A stretch of DNA of 64,000 nt from Somniosus microcephalus (lineage: Eukaryota), in assembly GCA_052327205.1 (NCBI GenBank), contig CM126204.1:292082001-292146000 (forward strand). The letters run 5' to 3'. The stretch's first letter is position 1. Each line of letters starts with the position of its first letter. Of this stretch, positions 11,820 through 25,212 are shown in pieces. Under the pieces are notes generated by a model that did no database searches, was not told where the DNA came from, and saw only the letters and a list, made by a program, of their open reading frames with translations. The position numbers and the translations under genes are program-made.

Positions 11820-12700
11820 TGGTAATGTGGAAGGAGGTAATGTAGAAAACCATCCCAAGACGCTTCAGAGGAGCATTATCAGACAAAATTTGACTCCGAT
11901 CCACATAAGGAGATATTAGGATAGGTAACCAAAAGCTTGGTCAAAGATGTAGGTCCTAAGGAGTGTCTTAAAGGAGGAGAGAGATGTAGAGAGGCAGAGA
12001 GATTTCGGGAAGGAATTCCAGAGCTTTAGGGTCTAGTCAGCTGAAGGCACATCCGCCAATGGTGGGATGAAGGAACTCAGGGATGCACAAAGCCAGAATT
12101 GTCGGAATGCAGAGTTCACAGAAGGCTGGAGGAGGTTACAGAGATCGGGAGGGGCGAGGCCATGGAGGGATTTGAAAACGAGGATGAGAATTTTAAATTT
12201 GAAGTGTTGCTGGACCGTGAGCCAAAGTAGATTGGCACGCACAGGGGTGATGGGTGAATGGGACTTGATGCGAGTTAGGATATGAGCAGCAGAGTTTTGG
12301 ATGAGCTCAAATTTACGGAGGGTAGAAGATGGGAGGCTGGCCAGCAGAGCAATGGAATAGTCGAGTCTGGAAGTAAGGAAAGCATGGGTCGGGTTTCAGC
12401 AGCAGATGGGCGTAGGCAGGGCTGGAGACAGGTGATATTACATAGGTGGAAGTAGGCAGTCTTGTGGATATGGGGTTGGAAGCTCAGCTCAGGGCCGAAT
12501 AGGATGCTGAGGTTATGAACAGCCTGGGTCAGCCTCAGACAGTGGCCACGGAGGGGGATGGAACCGATGGCAAGGGAACGGAGTTTGTGGTGGGGATCAA
12601 AGACGATGGCTTTGGACATCCCAATATTTAATTGGAGGAAATTTCTGCTCATCCAGTCGGACAAGCAGTCTGACAAATCAGAGGCAGTGGAGGGTTAATG
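11820..12700 (-). mobile_element. L2-clade LINE 3' fragment, decayed
   Basis: WMSRNFLQLN...KTAYFHL...FKFKILILVFKSLHGLAPPDL are L2 RT C-terminal motifs. Confidence 0.85.
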
Positions 12701-12784
12701 TTCAGATGTTATTTGACCACAGAACCTTCATCGTATACATGAAGAGGCCGCTATCCAGGAAGCAGCCATGTTTACTTCATTTAA

Positions 12785-13082
12785 AGAAAAATTCGTTCAT
12801 GGGATGTGGGCGTCACTGGCAAGGCTAGCATTTATTGGCCATCCTTAATTGCCCTTGAGAAGGTGATGATGAGCCGCTTACTTGATCCGCTGCAGTCTGT
12901 GTGGTGAAGGTACTCCCATAGTGCTGTTAGGGAGGGAGTTCCAGGATTTTAATGCAGCGATGATAAAGGAACGGCGATATATTTCCAAGTCAGGATGGTG
13001 TGTAACTTGGAGAGGAACATGGAGGTGATGGTGTTCCCATGCGCCTGCTGCCCTTGTCCTTCTAGGCAGTAGAGGTTGCGGG
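12785..13082 (-). mobile_element. 3' fragment of a second CR1/L2-group LINE family
   Basis: Reverse complement matches the tail at 48460-48750 (GCTGGCCTTGCCAG.GACGCCCACATCCCATGAACGAA). Confidence 0.8.
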
Positions 13083-13138
13083 ATTCATTGTGCAGTGGCC
13101 CCTTGCACTCACATTATTTGAAGGAGGAAAAACACTGA

Positions 13139-14016
13139 GGGGGAAAAATTCAGTATCGCCCCGTTTGGGGCGCCATTATCAGCCGTGCGCAAAGTTTAGC
13201 GCCTGGCGCTAATTATCGCCTCCGACGGCAAACTTGGTTTTTATCGCCCCTGGAGGTGATTGGAGCGCTAAATCAGGTGCTTCACACCTGTCTTAAGGCG
13301 CAAAGGCCGAGGAGTGAGGCGCTACTTCAGAGCGCTGGCGAAGCTCATGTGATGTCAGTCAGCAATGGAACACAGACACAATGGCACCGGCCAGTTCTTA
13401 AAGGGGAGGGTTGATCTTGCTCTCCATCCACACCCTGTTCATTGCAGCCTTGAATCTTGGCCTGGAGAGACCTGTACATCAAATCTGCTGGAAAGAACAA
13501 TGGAGAGACCCAGGGAAAGAGCTCAGAGTGCAGCCCCCACAGTCTCTTCTAAATCGATACAAGGAAGGGCAAATCAAAATGAATCGGCAAAGTGCTGCTC
13601 AGTACCCAAAACTCCTTCATACAACGTTGAATCTCTCCAGAAGTCTCTCTCTCTCTCTCTCTCAGAATGCGTGGTGCAAAAATGTCACCAACAAAAAAAG
13701 GCAGGAAGCGGTCACCTTTAAATAGTGCTCCCCCAGTCCCTTCCTGACTGCAAAACGCTCCCCTCAACCTGTCGTTGCTAGCGGCAGGCGGTAAGGCAGG
13801 GAGCACCACTCAATATCCGGTCCGGGGCGATACCGGGGTGTTGCGCACTCGACTGACGTCATGATCTGCCGGCGCAGGAGATCGTGGCGGTAGTGTTTAG
13901 CGCCGCCGCAAAATGTCAAGTTAATTTCGCCGCGCCTGGGCGCTAATTGCTTTGCGCCCCATTAGCGCCCTCTTAAGGCGCTAACGGGAGGCGTAAATCA
14001 ACTGAATTTTTCCCCC
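13139..14016. mobile_element. Non-autonomous PIF/Harbinger element
   Basis: TIRs GGGGGAAAAATTCAGT/ACTGAATTTTTCCCCC, flanks TGA/TAA, many subterminal GGCGCTAA/TAGCGCC motifs, and an internal ATG-ERPRERA resembling a Myb-gene start. Confidence 0.85.
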
Positions 14017-14713
14017 TAAGTGCCCACTGAGAAATGCATTAACAGCAGAGGAGGGCATTGGACTGGAAGCCTGAGCAACTGTTTGCTATTCTATATCCAC
14101 CGCTTTCACCTGCAAGAGAAGTGTGCCTTCCAGCTTTAGCCTAATGAAAGAGTGTGTTCAAAAAGGGCAGTGCTGTATACAATACCTGAACTGCTGCATC
14201 CCAGAAGGGGTTGGAGTTCCCAATTTGGATTTTGTTGATGGGCCTCACAAGAAATGAGAGCAAAATTGAGCAGCACAGTTTCCTTTAATTTCAACCTGAT
14301 TTGACATTTGGAGCTTGGTATGAAGGAGCCCAGCAACTGCCTTAACTTCACCTGCAACCTCCCACCATGTAGCTTGGCACCTGTGCTTTTACCGAAGGGT
14401 AGTTCAGCCCATCTTTGTTGGTGCAACTCCTTGCAGCAACTCTATAGCACCAAAGGGAGAAGTGATGCTCACATGTCTCCACTGTGCCATTGTGAAATAT
14501 TAGTCCATTTTTCTGTCATCATCACAGCTTTCCCTTTTATGGCGAGCTGCAGCCATTTAAGAGCAGCTGCTGTGCCAGATATTATAATCCCTGGTCAGGT
14601 GTACTGCAGACCAAGCGCTTTGAACAAGATTTCCCCTTGCCTGTAACCTAGTCAAATTAGGAGAGTATGTTGCAAAATTCAGCACAGCCTGCCTCTGGAG
14701 TTACAGACACCTA

Positions 14714-15726
14714 GGGCTGGATTTTGCCAATGGGGAACTTTTGGAGGCGGGACTCCCACTTGTCGGGTTTCAGTCCCGCCTCCATCAACTTCTGGCCAAC
14801 CCACACTATTTTCCCTTGATTGACCTTGTTAAGCCCACCCAGTGGGTTTAGCAAGCCAATTAAGGGAAAGCCGGTTACAGAGAACGTCAACGTATGACGT
14901 TTCATCTGTCAAAAATATTTGACAGATGAATTGTCATCATTTGACAGCTCTGTGAAGCTGTCAAACAATGACATTCTCTGTAGTTTGATGAGTTCTTGAA
15001 TTCAAGACCTCATCAAACCTCTTTCTTTTGCATAAATTAGATGGTTGTTGCATTGGAGAATGCAACGGCCATCTGTCATCTCTGCCGCGGAGGTGCGAGA
15101 CTCTCAGCATACCCAACTCTTGAAGCTTGCAGGAAGAAACAAAGGTAAGTGACATGAATCAACTGAGCGGCCTGCGGATGGCACTGTCCAGGGAGAGTAT
15201 AAATACTCGGGCATGGGCCCAGCTTGTGCAGGACATTCTTAACAGGAACTAGTGAAGGACACTAGACCTTCATGTTGTAAAACAGTTGATTAAAGCTTTG
15301 TTTAATGCTTAGACCAAGTGCCTAGTAGTTTTCTTACGTCAGCAAGTACACTTTTTCTAACGCTTTCCACTCACCTCACATACTTACCTCTCCACACTTG
15401 CACACATCACTTACTTTCACAGTGAACTTTTGCACCCCGCAGACCCCCTACTCGCCTCGGTGACCCTGGCGGGTTTCGGAAAATGGTGCAAAATGGGGAT
15501 AACCCTCTTATCTGCCTGTTAACTACCTGTTAATAGGCAGTTAAGTGGCTGTAATCCTTTCCCACCTCCAAGGAGACGGGACCTGGCGTGGGACGGCTAT
15601 CCGCCTCCTGGCAAGATGACACGGAGGTGGGTTGGGGGCGGGTTGAGCACCCGCTCCCAAATTCTGCCATTTTCCCGACAGTTCCGCCTCCAAACCCGCC
15701 TCCCCAGGGCTGTCAAAATCCAGCCC
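14714..15726. mobile_element. Non-autonomous Harbinger-type element (MITE)
   Basis: TIRs GGGCTGGATTTTG/CAAAATCCAGCCC; homologous to 25213-26034; TIR shared with the 26425-39651 element. Confidence 0.8.
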
Positions 15727-17194
15727 TAAAATCTACAGGCACAGTTGTGCCTGAGCTTCAGACCAACTCAACCCCATCTCAACATCACAGCGTATATCCC
15801 AGCAAGAGTGAGTGCCTTTAGGAAAAGAGGGAAAGGGAGAAAAGAAAAAAGTTTTTAAATGTCTCAATATTTATATGTAGAGGATATATATGTACCATCA
15901 TAATTTCTGGGGCATAGCATTAAACAACACATTCTGATATACCCTGCTTCCTCATAATAAATTCTTGGAACCATGAGATAAGGAGTTACATGAAAGGGTA
16001 GCTTTGATGGAAGCTGATAAAGCAACTGTGTTGTACATAATTAGATATCCGTTCTGTCAGAAAGTAATTTATAACTGAGGCTGTTCAAGTTCAACATATT
16101 CAATAAACACAGAATCACAGAATCCAGTTGCTTATTGTAACCCTGAGTAAGAAAAAATTACATTGTTGTATTAAAATTAACTTGGCATCAACAAATGGGA
16201 AGAGTGAATCCATAGAATTCTAACTTGTATTTATTCTGCATGTTAAAACATTAAATACCACAGAATCTTTAGGTCTCAATCTGAATAAACATTCCAAGAA
16301 AAAATTGCTTAAACCACACAGGTTTCCCTCAGCGTCCGTTTGTGTGCTCTATCGGCTGTCACTCTGGACCCTACCCCCTACTCCCCACTATTCCTTTTCA
16401 GCGTTATCCAGGGCTTGCTCTGATGTCTCATCCTGCCACCTCCATCTTCTCCCTTGATCCTTTCTCTCACTTGACATGACTCCTCACCCCCCATTTTCAC
16501 CTGCCGCTAACTCAGGGTCGACCCTCTCAAATGAGACCGCAGTCTCCTTTGGTGTCTTCCTTGGTATTCTCTGCCATCCTCATTACTGGTTCTCCAAGGG
16601 CAGCAATTCAACTGTCTCAGCCCTTGGATCGAGTGATTAGCTAGGCGAGCTCACTCCTTGGGAATTTATTTCTCTAACCATCTCCCCATCCTGCTTATCT
16701 CTTTTACTGTCCCCAAACCCCACCAGTGGATCATCCATTACCATCGATCTCCAGAATATTCACTCCTTCATGAATAATTTATCTTCCCATCCTTGACCTC
16801 TTCATGGATGAATCTATAAGCATCCTGGCACTGACAGAAACCTGGCTTAAAGGGTGCAACTCCGTCTCCCTCACCAAAGCCTCTCTGCCTAGCTTTACGT
16901 TGCATCACTTGCTCCATCCAAACTGTCAAAGTGGTAGCACAACTCTTGTTGCCAAATCCCCATATTGCTCTGGCATGTGCTCCTTTTAGCACCTCACTCT
17001 TTTCTATCCCTCCTGCCTCATGTTTGTATCCCTCCTGTCTCTCCTTGCCATGTGCTGCCATCTCAAGCCCCACGTCAACTTCCTTAACAAGGTTTACTCT
17101 TTTTCCTCCTCCCTGAGCCTCTGCATTGAGCGACTCCTCATACTTGTTGACTTCAACCTGCTCCTAAATTTCCCCAATAGCCTCTCTTCTGGAT

Positions 17195-17525
17195 TTCAGT
17201 GCAGTGCTGAGGGTGTGTTGAATTGTTGGGAGTTTCATTTTTCAGATGAGACAGTAAACTAAGGCCCTGTCTCTCTGTTCAACTGGCTGTAAGAGGTCCA
17301 CTGGCACTTTTTCAAATAAGAGCAGGGAATCTACTTGGTGTCCTGGCAAACATTCATCCCTCATTCATCTTGTACCCTGTTTTGGGATCTTGCTGTGTGT
17401 AAATTGGCTGCCATGTTTGCCTGCATCACAGTGACTACACTTAAAAAAAAATTCAATTGTTGGGAAGTGCTTTGTGATGTCCTGAGGATCTGAAAGGGAC
17501 TATATAAATGCAAATCATTTCTTTC
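17195..17525 (+). mobile_element. Deu-domain SINE fragment (SacSINE/AmnSINE-like)
   Basis: AAATTGGCTGCCATGTTTGCC...GTGACTACACTT core and L2-type tail GAAAGGGACTATATAAATGCAA; family recognised from memory. Confidence 0.6.
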
Positions 17526-17611
17526 TCTTCCCTCCTATCCTCACTCAATCTCAACTTTCACATAAATGCCCCAGCCCCATACCCATACCCTCGGCCACCC
17601 ATTTGATCTCG

Positions 17612-18268
17612 ATTAGGAAGGCTAATGGAATATTGGCCTTTATTGCAAGGGGTATGGAGTATAAAAGTAGGGAAGTTTTGATGCAACTTTACAGGGCGCT
17701 GGTGAGACCGCACCTGGAGTACTGCTTACAGTTTTGGTCTCCATATTTAAGGAAGGATGTACTTGCATTGGAGGCAGTGCAGAGAAGGTTCACTAGGTTG
17801 ATTCCTGGGATGAAGGGGTTGACGTATGACGAAAGGTTGAGCAGGTTGGGCCTATACTCATTGGAGTTTAGAAGAATGAGAGGTGATCTTATTGAAACAT
17901 ATTCTGAGGGGGATTGACAGGGTGGATGCGGAGAGGCTGTTTCCCCTAGTGGGGGTATCTAGAACTAGGGGGCATAGTTTCAGAATAAGGGGTTGCCCAT
18001 TTAAGACGGAGATGGAGGAATTTCTTCTCTCAGAGGGTCGTGAATCTTTGGAATTCTCTACCCCAGAGCGCTGTGGAGGCTGGGTCATTGAATATATTCA
18101 AGGCGGAGATTAACAGACATTTGAACTACAAGGGAGTCAAGGGGTACGGGGAGAGAGCGGGAAAGTGTTGAGGCCAAGATTGGATCAGCCATGATCTTAT
18201 TGAATGGCGGAGCAGGCTCGAGGGGCCGATTGGCCTACTCCTGCTCCTGTTTCTTATGTTCTTATGTT
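17612..18268 (+). mobile_element. CR1-type LINE 3' fragment
   Basis: KANGILAFIARG...LYRALVRPHLEYC...; tail GGCCTACTCCTGCTCCT plus (TTCTTATG)n. Confidence 0.9.
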
Positions 18269-21200
18269 TCCAGAGGTCTCAATCACCTACAAAGCTGTCT
18301 GACCATTTTCTTTTTTCTTTACCACCCCTTTCCTGATCTTCCACTAACCCCAGTACCCTCACCATCCACCTATTGATAAAACCTCCTCAGCTCCATTACT
18401 CTCAAATTCCCAACTCTCCCCCATAGGCCTTCTACTCACCATAATGCCTCTGCCACTGTTGACCTTCTAAACTTCTACCACATCTCTGCCTTTTACGCTT
18501 TTGTTTCCCCAAAATCACTCACAATCCCCTTTCAATCCCTTCTTAGCTCCCTTAACTCAGAGAGCTGCAAATTTGAGCACTCCTGCTGCACAGTTAGTCT
18601 AGATTTGGTTCGAGCATTTCAAACATTACCACATACCACGCCTCACTCTTCTTAGCAAAATCCTCATCTTTCTCTAGGATCATCCCGGAGTGCAAGGACA
18701 ACTGAAAAATCTTTTATTCATGACTAATAATCTCCTCAAACCCTTTTCTCCTGTCCAATCCACCCTCACCTTCAGCGTCAAGTGTGAAGAGCTCATAGAT
18801 GTCTTCATCAATGCAGCTATATCTGCCATTACCTCTCCTTTCTTTCTCCCCCCACACTCTGCTCATAATCTCCATCCCAGTCTCCCACCCACTCTAGCTC
18901 CAATCCACTGTCGCCCTGCAATTTTTCTCTCACCTCCTTCCTGCCCTTATCAAGCACATCTCTTCAATGAGATTCACTTCCTGCTTCCCTGTTCTCCTTC
19001 CTACTCAACTCTTCGTTACGAAATTATCCCTCCTGACCACCAGGTTAGCCAAATTGTTAGTGAATCCCTTTGCTGAAGCACCCGTCCCTCTCCTTTTCAA
19101 AGCCACTATCACCACCTCCCTCAAAAAACATACCTCCAACCCATCAATCCTATCCAACTATCATCCCATCCTTGGCTCCCTTTCATCTGTAAGGTTCTTG
19201 AATGTGTCATTTTCAACCAGTTCCATACCTAACTCACTGTTTGAATCCCTTCAGACTGGCTTCTGTCCTGCTCAGAGGATAGAGCCTATCCTGGCCAAAA
19301 TCACTAATGACATCTTCTGTTACCATGACTGTGATGCAGTATCCCTATTAATCCTTCTCAAGCTCTCCACAGCGGCCACGCCAGGATCCCTCCTCCAATG
19401 TCCAGCTCCATAGGACTGCCCTCACATGGTCCCATTCCTACTTGTCCAAATGTAGCCAGTACATCTTCATCAGTGGCTTCTCTTTGCTTGCTGCTCACCT
19501 TTTACAATCACCTTTGGAGTTCCCAAAGGATCTATCCTTGGTCCTCTGCTCTCCCTCTTCTGCAAGCTGCCCCTCAGTGACATTAGCAGCAGGTAGGTGG
19601 TGAATATCCATATGTGTGCCAAAGACACCCAGCTTTACCTCTCCACCGGTTCCCTTGACTGGATGACCACCTCTGCACTGTCAGATCCTTTTGTGGATCT
19701 TGCCCTACCTTCTGTCCAATATTGGTGGCATAGCCTTCAGCTACTTCAGCCCTACTCTCTGGATCTCCACTTCTCCACTTCATTCTCCATCTTTAAAAGC
19801 TTTCTTAAAACTCATTTTTTCCACCAAGCTTTCGGCACCTCTCCCAGCTCTTCCTCCATGGATTGGTGTTCATTCCTTCATCTACTTTATTTATATTTTT
19901 CTCCCCCCTCTGTAAAGCACCGTAGGACATTTTCTACATTAAAGTTGTTATATAAATACAAGTCATTGTTATGGTAACCTTTTTACTTGCAAATTGAACA
20001 AATAGAAGATATAGCACAAACAGAAGAAATAGCACGTGAATATTAGAATCACCTACTTATATTTAACTGGAGAGGATTACTTCATATAGCACCATCACAA
20101 AATCTTGATTAAATTGAGTAAATGATTCTCCCCACTAGAGAGTTTAAATAGGTATCCCATACTTACTCATTACATTATCTATTTTTACCAGGCAAGTGTT
20201 TAATTAAATACTGAATATAATTCTATAAAAGCACATCACAATAACTTTTTTGTTGCTTGTTTTTCTAAATATTGAAGTAAATTAAAGAGGAAGGAAAATG
20301 TGGTGATGTGTACAATGAATTCAGCCAGTGCTGTATTTTCATAGGGTCAGACATCCCCCAAGCCAGTTGCAAATTACAATGCCACATACAAGGTGAATAG
20401 AATCATTCTTGGTCGAATAGGGTTCCTCACTATAAGTGGCCACTTTAGTGACCTGAAGAGCGAAGTTTCAAAATGACGGGTGTCCTTTTGATTAAGAAAT
20501 TTGAGCCCCAATTTTGCAAGATTGGAAAATTCAGAGTGGTACTTACCTGTAATACAGATGCAGCTATGCCAGCATCAAGATAGGCTGAGCAGGTGGAATT
20601 TTTCATGGTCAGCCCCAGTTACCCCTCCTGCACATTAAAAACAAGGAGCATGGCCAGCAGCACAGTTGGCTGAGGGTTGGGAAATCTGGCCAGGTGGAAA
20701 GTCTTAAAGGGCTGCTACTGACCTTTAAAAGGGAATGTATTTTTTGTTGGCCACAAAATTAGTTTGGTTGCCAGTATAATGGAGACAAGAAGAAATGTGG
20801 ACGAAGGTCCTCCATTTTTTTCATGCCACTACAACAGGAGCAGTAAAAGATGGTGGCTTCTTTGGGCGAAGGGTAACCCTTGGTTTTAACAAAAGTGCAG
20901 ACTGTTTGGGTGGAGGTAGCCATGGAATCAATGGAGTATCTCTATCTGTTGGACCTGAAGCAAATGTGAAAGAAGTTTGCTGGTATCAGAAATGATAAAG
21001 TGAGTGTGCCATCTTTGCAAACATTATTAATATTAGTGCAGAGCACACATGGCAGAAATGATTTTTTTTTTGCTGCAGCACCTCAGAGCTAACACACAAA
21101 GAGCCTTTCTCCTCTTTACAATCTTTTGTTGAAGAAATGCTGTAACGCACACATTTTGCAGGACACACAAATAGCTTGCACTGCGATGCAGAACTGTTGA

Positions 21201-24200
21201 AAACCAACGCTCCCCAATGCACTTACACAACCAGAGATGTTGACTGGCTACTGGGGTGGCAGTCGGGATGCTCTGCCAATTCCTAACATCTGGCTGTCTT
21301 GTATGTGGCTCCAGGAGAAAGCTACTCACAGTCATTAGATGTGCACCAGTGGGAGGGGAGGGGCGGTAGGGGGTGGGGGGGCGAACAAATGTGTAGGACG
21401 AGACCCTGTAGAAGGCATGTCTGCTCAGACAGGTGTGGGTTCCATATTGGGCCTTCTAAAGGCCCTCAAAAAATTTCCCAAGAAAGGTAATTGATCCCAA
21501 AGGGGATTGAGTACCTTTTAATTCAGGTCCAAAACATTTGGCCTGATAGAGCCTTTTGTTTTTCTCATTCAGAGTGGCAGGGTATGACTCCAATTTTCCA
21601 CCAGGCACCGAGGATGGATGCCTTTGCAGCACTTCTACAGGCACAGGCCACCTTCCTTGAGACATGAGACCTGCCTACATCCTGTTCAGCAGGCGGCTGT
21701 TGCGCCTTGGAGGCATAGCAGTGCACCCCACCGCCCCCACCCACCCACTCACCCAAAGGATAATCATTCAAAACCTGACAGTGGTATTTCAGGCCCAATA
21801 TGTTCTTAGAAAATTAGATAGTTTTAGATGGTATAACCTAAAAAGGTGACTCTTACGTGATTCAGAATCATTGATCAGTCCAATTTAAAGCTTTCTCTCT
21901 TCAAATAAACACCATAAATTGGAGTAATTAAATATAATTTGGGAGGAGATATTGTACAATGTAAAACATTTTGTATTAGAAGAACTCTACTTATGAAAGT
22001 GAGAGGTGATTCCATCTGTGCAGAGCCTGTACAATATGATTGAGAGACTGGGTATGAAGGAAAGCATTAAGATCATCAATCTTAGCTTATTGTGTCATTA
22101 AGTACATCAGACCTAGAAGGCATTTGGAAACATTTTTCTGTTCTGACAGTACCTCTAGTGTTCTCAGGTTGACCTCATAGTACATTAATCACTGCTTATT
22201 TCCAAATTTGTTAAACATAAAATGGCTTAAAGAACCCAGGATTTCCCAGGGTCATTATCATGGTTTTGTCAGATTCCCAATGATATTTCCACCATTGCGC
22301 TAAACAAGCGATCCCGCACTCCTGTATGATAAGAACATGCTGACATTCTTGGAATCCTGTATTGCTATGTCGCAAATGTTGGGAAATTCATAATCTCATC
22401 ATTTCTATCTCAATACCTGCCCATATTTCGGTGGACATATTCTGTGCCTGACATCACTCCTGGTGGGATATTGATAAAGTGATGTCGGTGCTGGGGATCT
22501 TGCACAACAGATCATTGCACGACTTTCCTTCCCTGCCCACTGATATTAAAAGTATGTGCGAAGGAAAACTGCCCCTGGCTTTCTATATATCTATAACCCA
22601 GATGTCAAAAGAATTTTTCTCTTTAAAGATTGCAGCTTAAATGATTTTTCTAGAAAACAAATTGATCTTATTAATTGAAAGTGATCCCAAATATAAATAT
22701 TTTAATTTAAGTAACCTAAATATTTGAGGTTAGAATTGACCATTGCTCATATTAGTGACCGAAAGTGTAATGCGTTTGTATTACATTTCTCTGACTGCTA
22801 TTTTAACAGAAGTGTTACTTCATTTGAAGTAAACAGGTTAGTGCTTGCACAAAAATATCAGACAGATTAATATATGAACACTAACAATTAATTGCATAGA
22901 ATTACAAAAAAATTACACCACAGAAACAGATAATTTGGTCTAACCAGTCCATATTAGTGTAAATCTGAAATGTATCTAATTTTCCAAAATGCTTCAGTAT
23001 CATTCAGTCAGCTGTACTGATGTAATATTTTTCTTTGGATTCTAGCAGTTTCTCCTCAGTTGTTTCGCAAAATATTTGCAGAAAACCTAGAGGACAACTT
23101 TTAAAAGGTTTAAGATTTTTTTTTACATTGTAGCCTTTGTTTAGTGGTGTATAAACTTCAAAACATTTACTAAGCCAAAGGAGAATGGGGAGAAAGAAAG
23201 AGAACATGCCTTTCCTCATGCTTATGTTCAACTTTTGAAAAAAAGTTGAATTTTGAAGCCAATGAGTAATTTCACCAGTGTTTTGTTAACAGTTGGAAAA
23301 TGCTTACACTTGTGAGACAGTGATTTTAATTGCTAACACATGTAAGACAGAGAGAGAAAAAAGAGACAGAGAGAGAAAAAAGAGACAGAGACCTCAGACC
23401 TGTTCCCACTCCACCACCGTCGTTTCACCAGAATTTCCTTGTAGCTGTTCCCACTCTGCCTCCGTAACTTTGCCGGAAGTGCAACATAAACCACGTTTAT
23501 GCCCATAAACGGGGTTTATGCCACATCTGAGGAACTTCCCTGGCCGGAGGCAGCGAGAGACAGACGAAGGGGTCAATTTTACAACTGTAAATGGGCCAGT
23601 AGTGAAATGAATATCAGGAAGAAAAAATGGCGTCTTACCACTGGTTACCGTTCTAATTTTCAGGCGGACCTTAATTTAGGCAGCCAGCGCTCCACTGGAA
23701 AGAGGTGTGGGCCTAATTAAAATATTCAAATAGGCGTCAGACATTGTCAAGGCCCCCAATGTATTTTTTGTGTTAATCAACACAGCTACCATTACTTCCT
23801 CAACCCACTCGCAAGCTATGGGTGACAGAGGTCAGGTGGTGGCCATTTACAGCACTACTTAAAGGTATCATTAGTCGCAGTGAGGGAAAGCTGAAAGCAG
23901 TCATATTTTCTGCATTCTTTTGGGAGTTTTGTTTCCTTAAAAGCTTCCTTAAGTTCATCTCCTTGCTGCTGGGTATGCTAATTAAACTTCCCTGATACTG
24001 AAGTATGCTGCTCCGATTTTCCCACCTCTGTGCCATGCTTCCAGCCCTCCCCTTTAAGAGGCTGCTGCAAGCCCCTGATCAGTGTCTGTGCTGTCAGATT
24101 TGCCACTCTCCAAAATGGCGTGCTGCCTGTAAGCAGTGCAATTAACAAAATCTTCCAAAACAGAACTAAAACTACTTACTGCGACTCTATACATGGGTTC

Positions 24201-25212
24201 AAAGCTGCTCACCCCTCTAGAAATATCACACTGAATCTTGCACATAATTTTATGCAGCGAAGAGGAGGGCACTGAGTTTAGATGCAGCAGTCTCTGTTCT
24301 GTGCTGACCTTGCCTCCTGCATGTAAATGAGGACCACCCATCAAAACCAATTCTGGTGTGCAAATGTGGTGAAATGTTCATCTGTAACAATCAGAACTTG
24401 CTGTGAAAATAACGGTGAGGCTAATGACGCTCACCATTATTTATGTGCAAATTGCACAACAACTTTAGGCAAGGGCAGATGCGTGGTTAAATGCAAAAAT
24501 TCAGAAGTTGCTGTCCGAGATGTGTCACTCCGCCGTTAGCTTCCCGAAAACAGCATCTCGCTGACTGACTCACCATTCAAATGCATTAAACAGCGTGAAG
24601 TTTCTGTGCTTGCATGGTAGATCTGAACTACACTCGCCACAGAAAGTTATGCTTATCCATTTCAGTCTAAGTACACTTTAATGCCATGATATATCTTAAT
24701 TATTGCCAAATAACCTCTCTGACACTGACAATTAACCTTAATGTAGCTTTTAATTGTTGTTGGAGATTTAAAAATAATGTAAATAATTTTTTTATTTTTC
24801 TATCTCTTTTATTTCTCTCTCTTAAGCCAAATTTTTCTTTCCTTCTCTTTATTTTGCTTTCTGTACCTGATTTGACAGAATTAACTATTCTAACTTACAC
24901 TTCCTGGTTCAGACTCTGTGCTATTCATTAACAATTCTTTAATCTGATTGGTTAAGGAGGTACACATTTGCTTGCCCTCTTCACACAGGTCCCGGATGCC
25001 CTATAGAGGGCACTGCGCTGTTTAAATCTCCCAGCAACTTCCTGTGCAAAAGCTCATGAAAATTAAATGGGAAAGGGCAAGTCTAACGACTGGCAGGTGC
25101 CATTTGTTCACCGGCTCCAGTAAATTCTGGCCCATTATGTTGTGGTAAGTGAATGGTGGTGCATTTTATACATGTTGCTTTGCCAGAGTTGAATTTTCCT
25201 GTTGAGGTTGTA

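Larger units (their letters stand above)
16740..19975 (+). mobile_element. Old, fragmented L2 LINE with nested insertions
   Basis: Endonuclease remnant ILALTETWL, RT remnants NYHPI and FESLQTGF...LAKITND, and L2-like tail CTATATAAATACAAG. Confidence 0.7.

Noticed and set aside
23004-23086. Possible terminal exon (FLQIFCETTEEKLLESKEKYYISTAD*) on the minus strand
   Set aside because: Only a modest acceptor and a short unrecognised peptide; this is expected by chance
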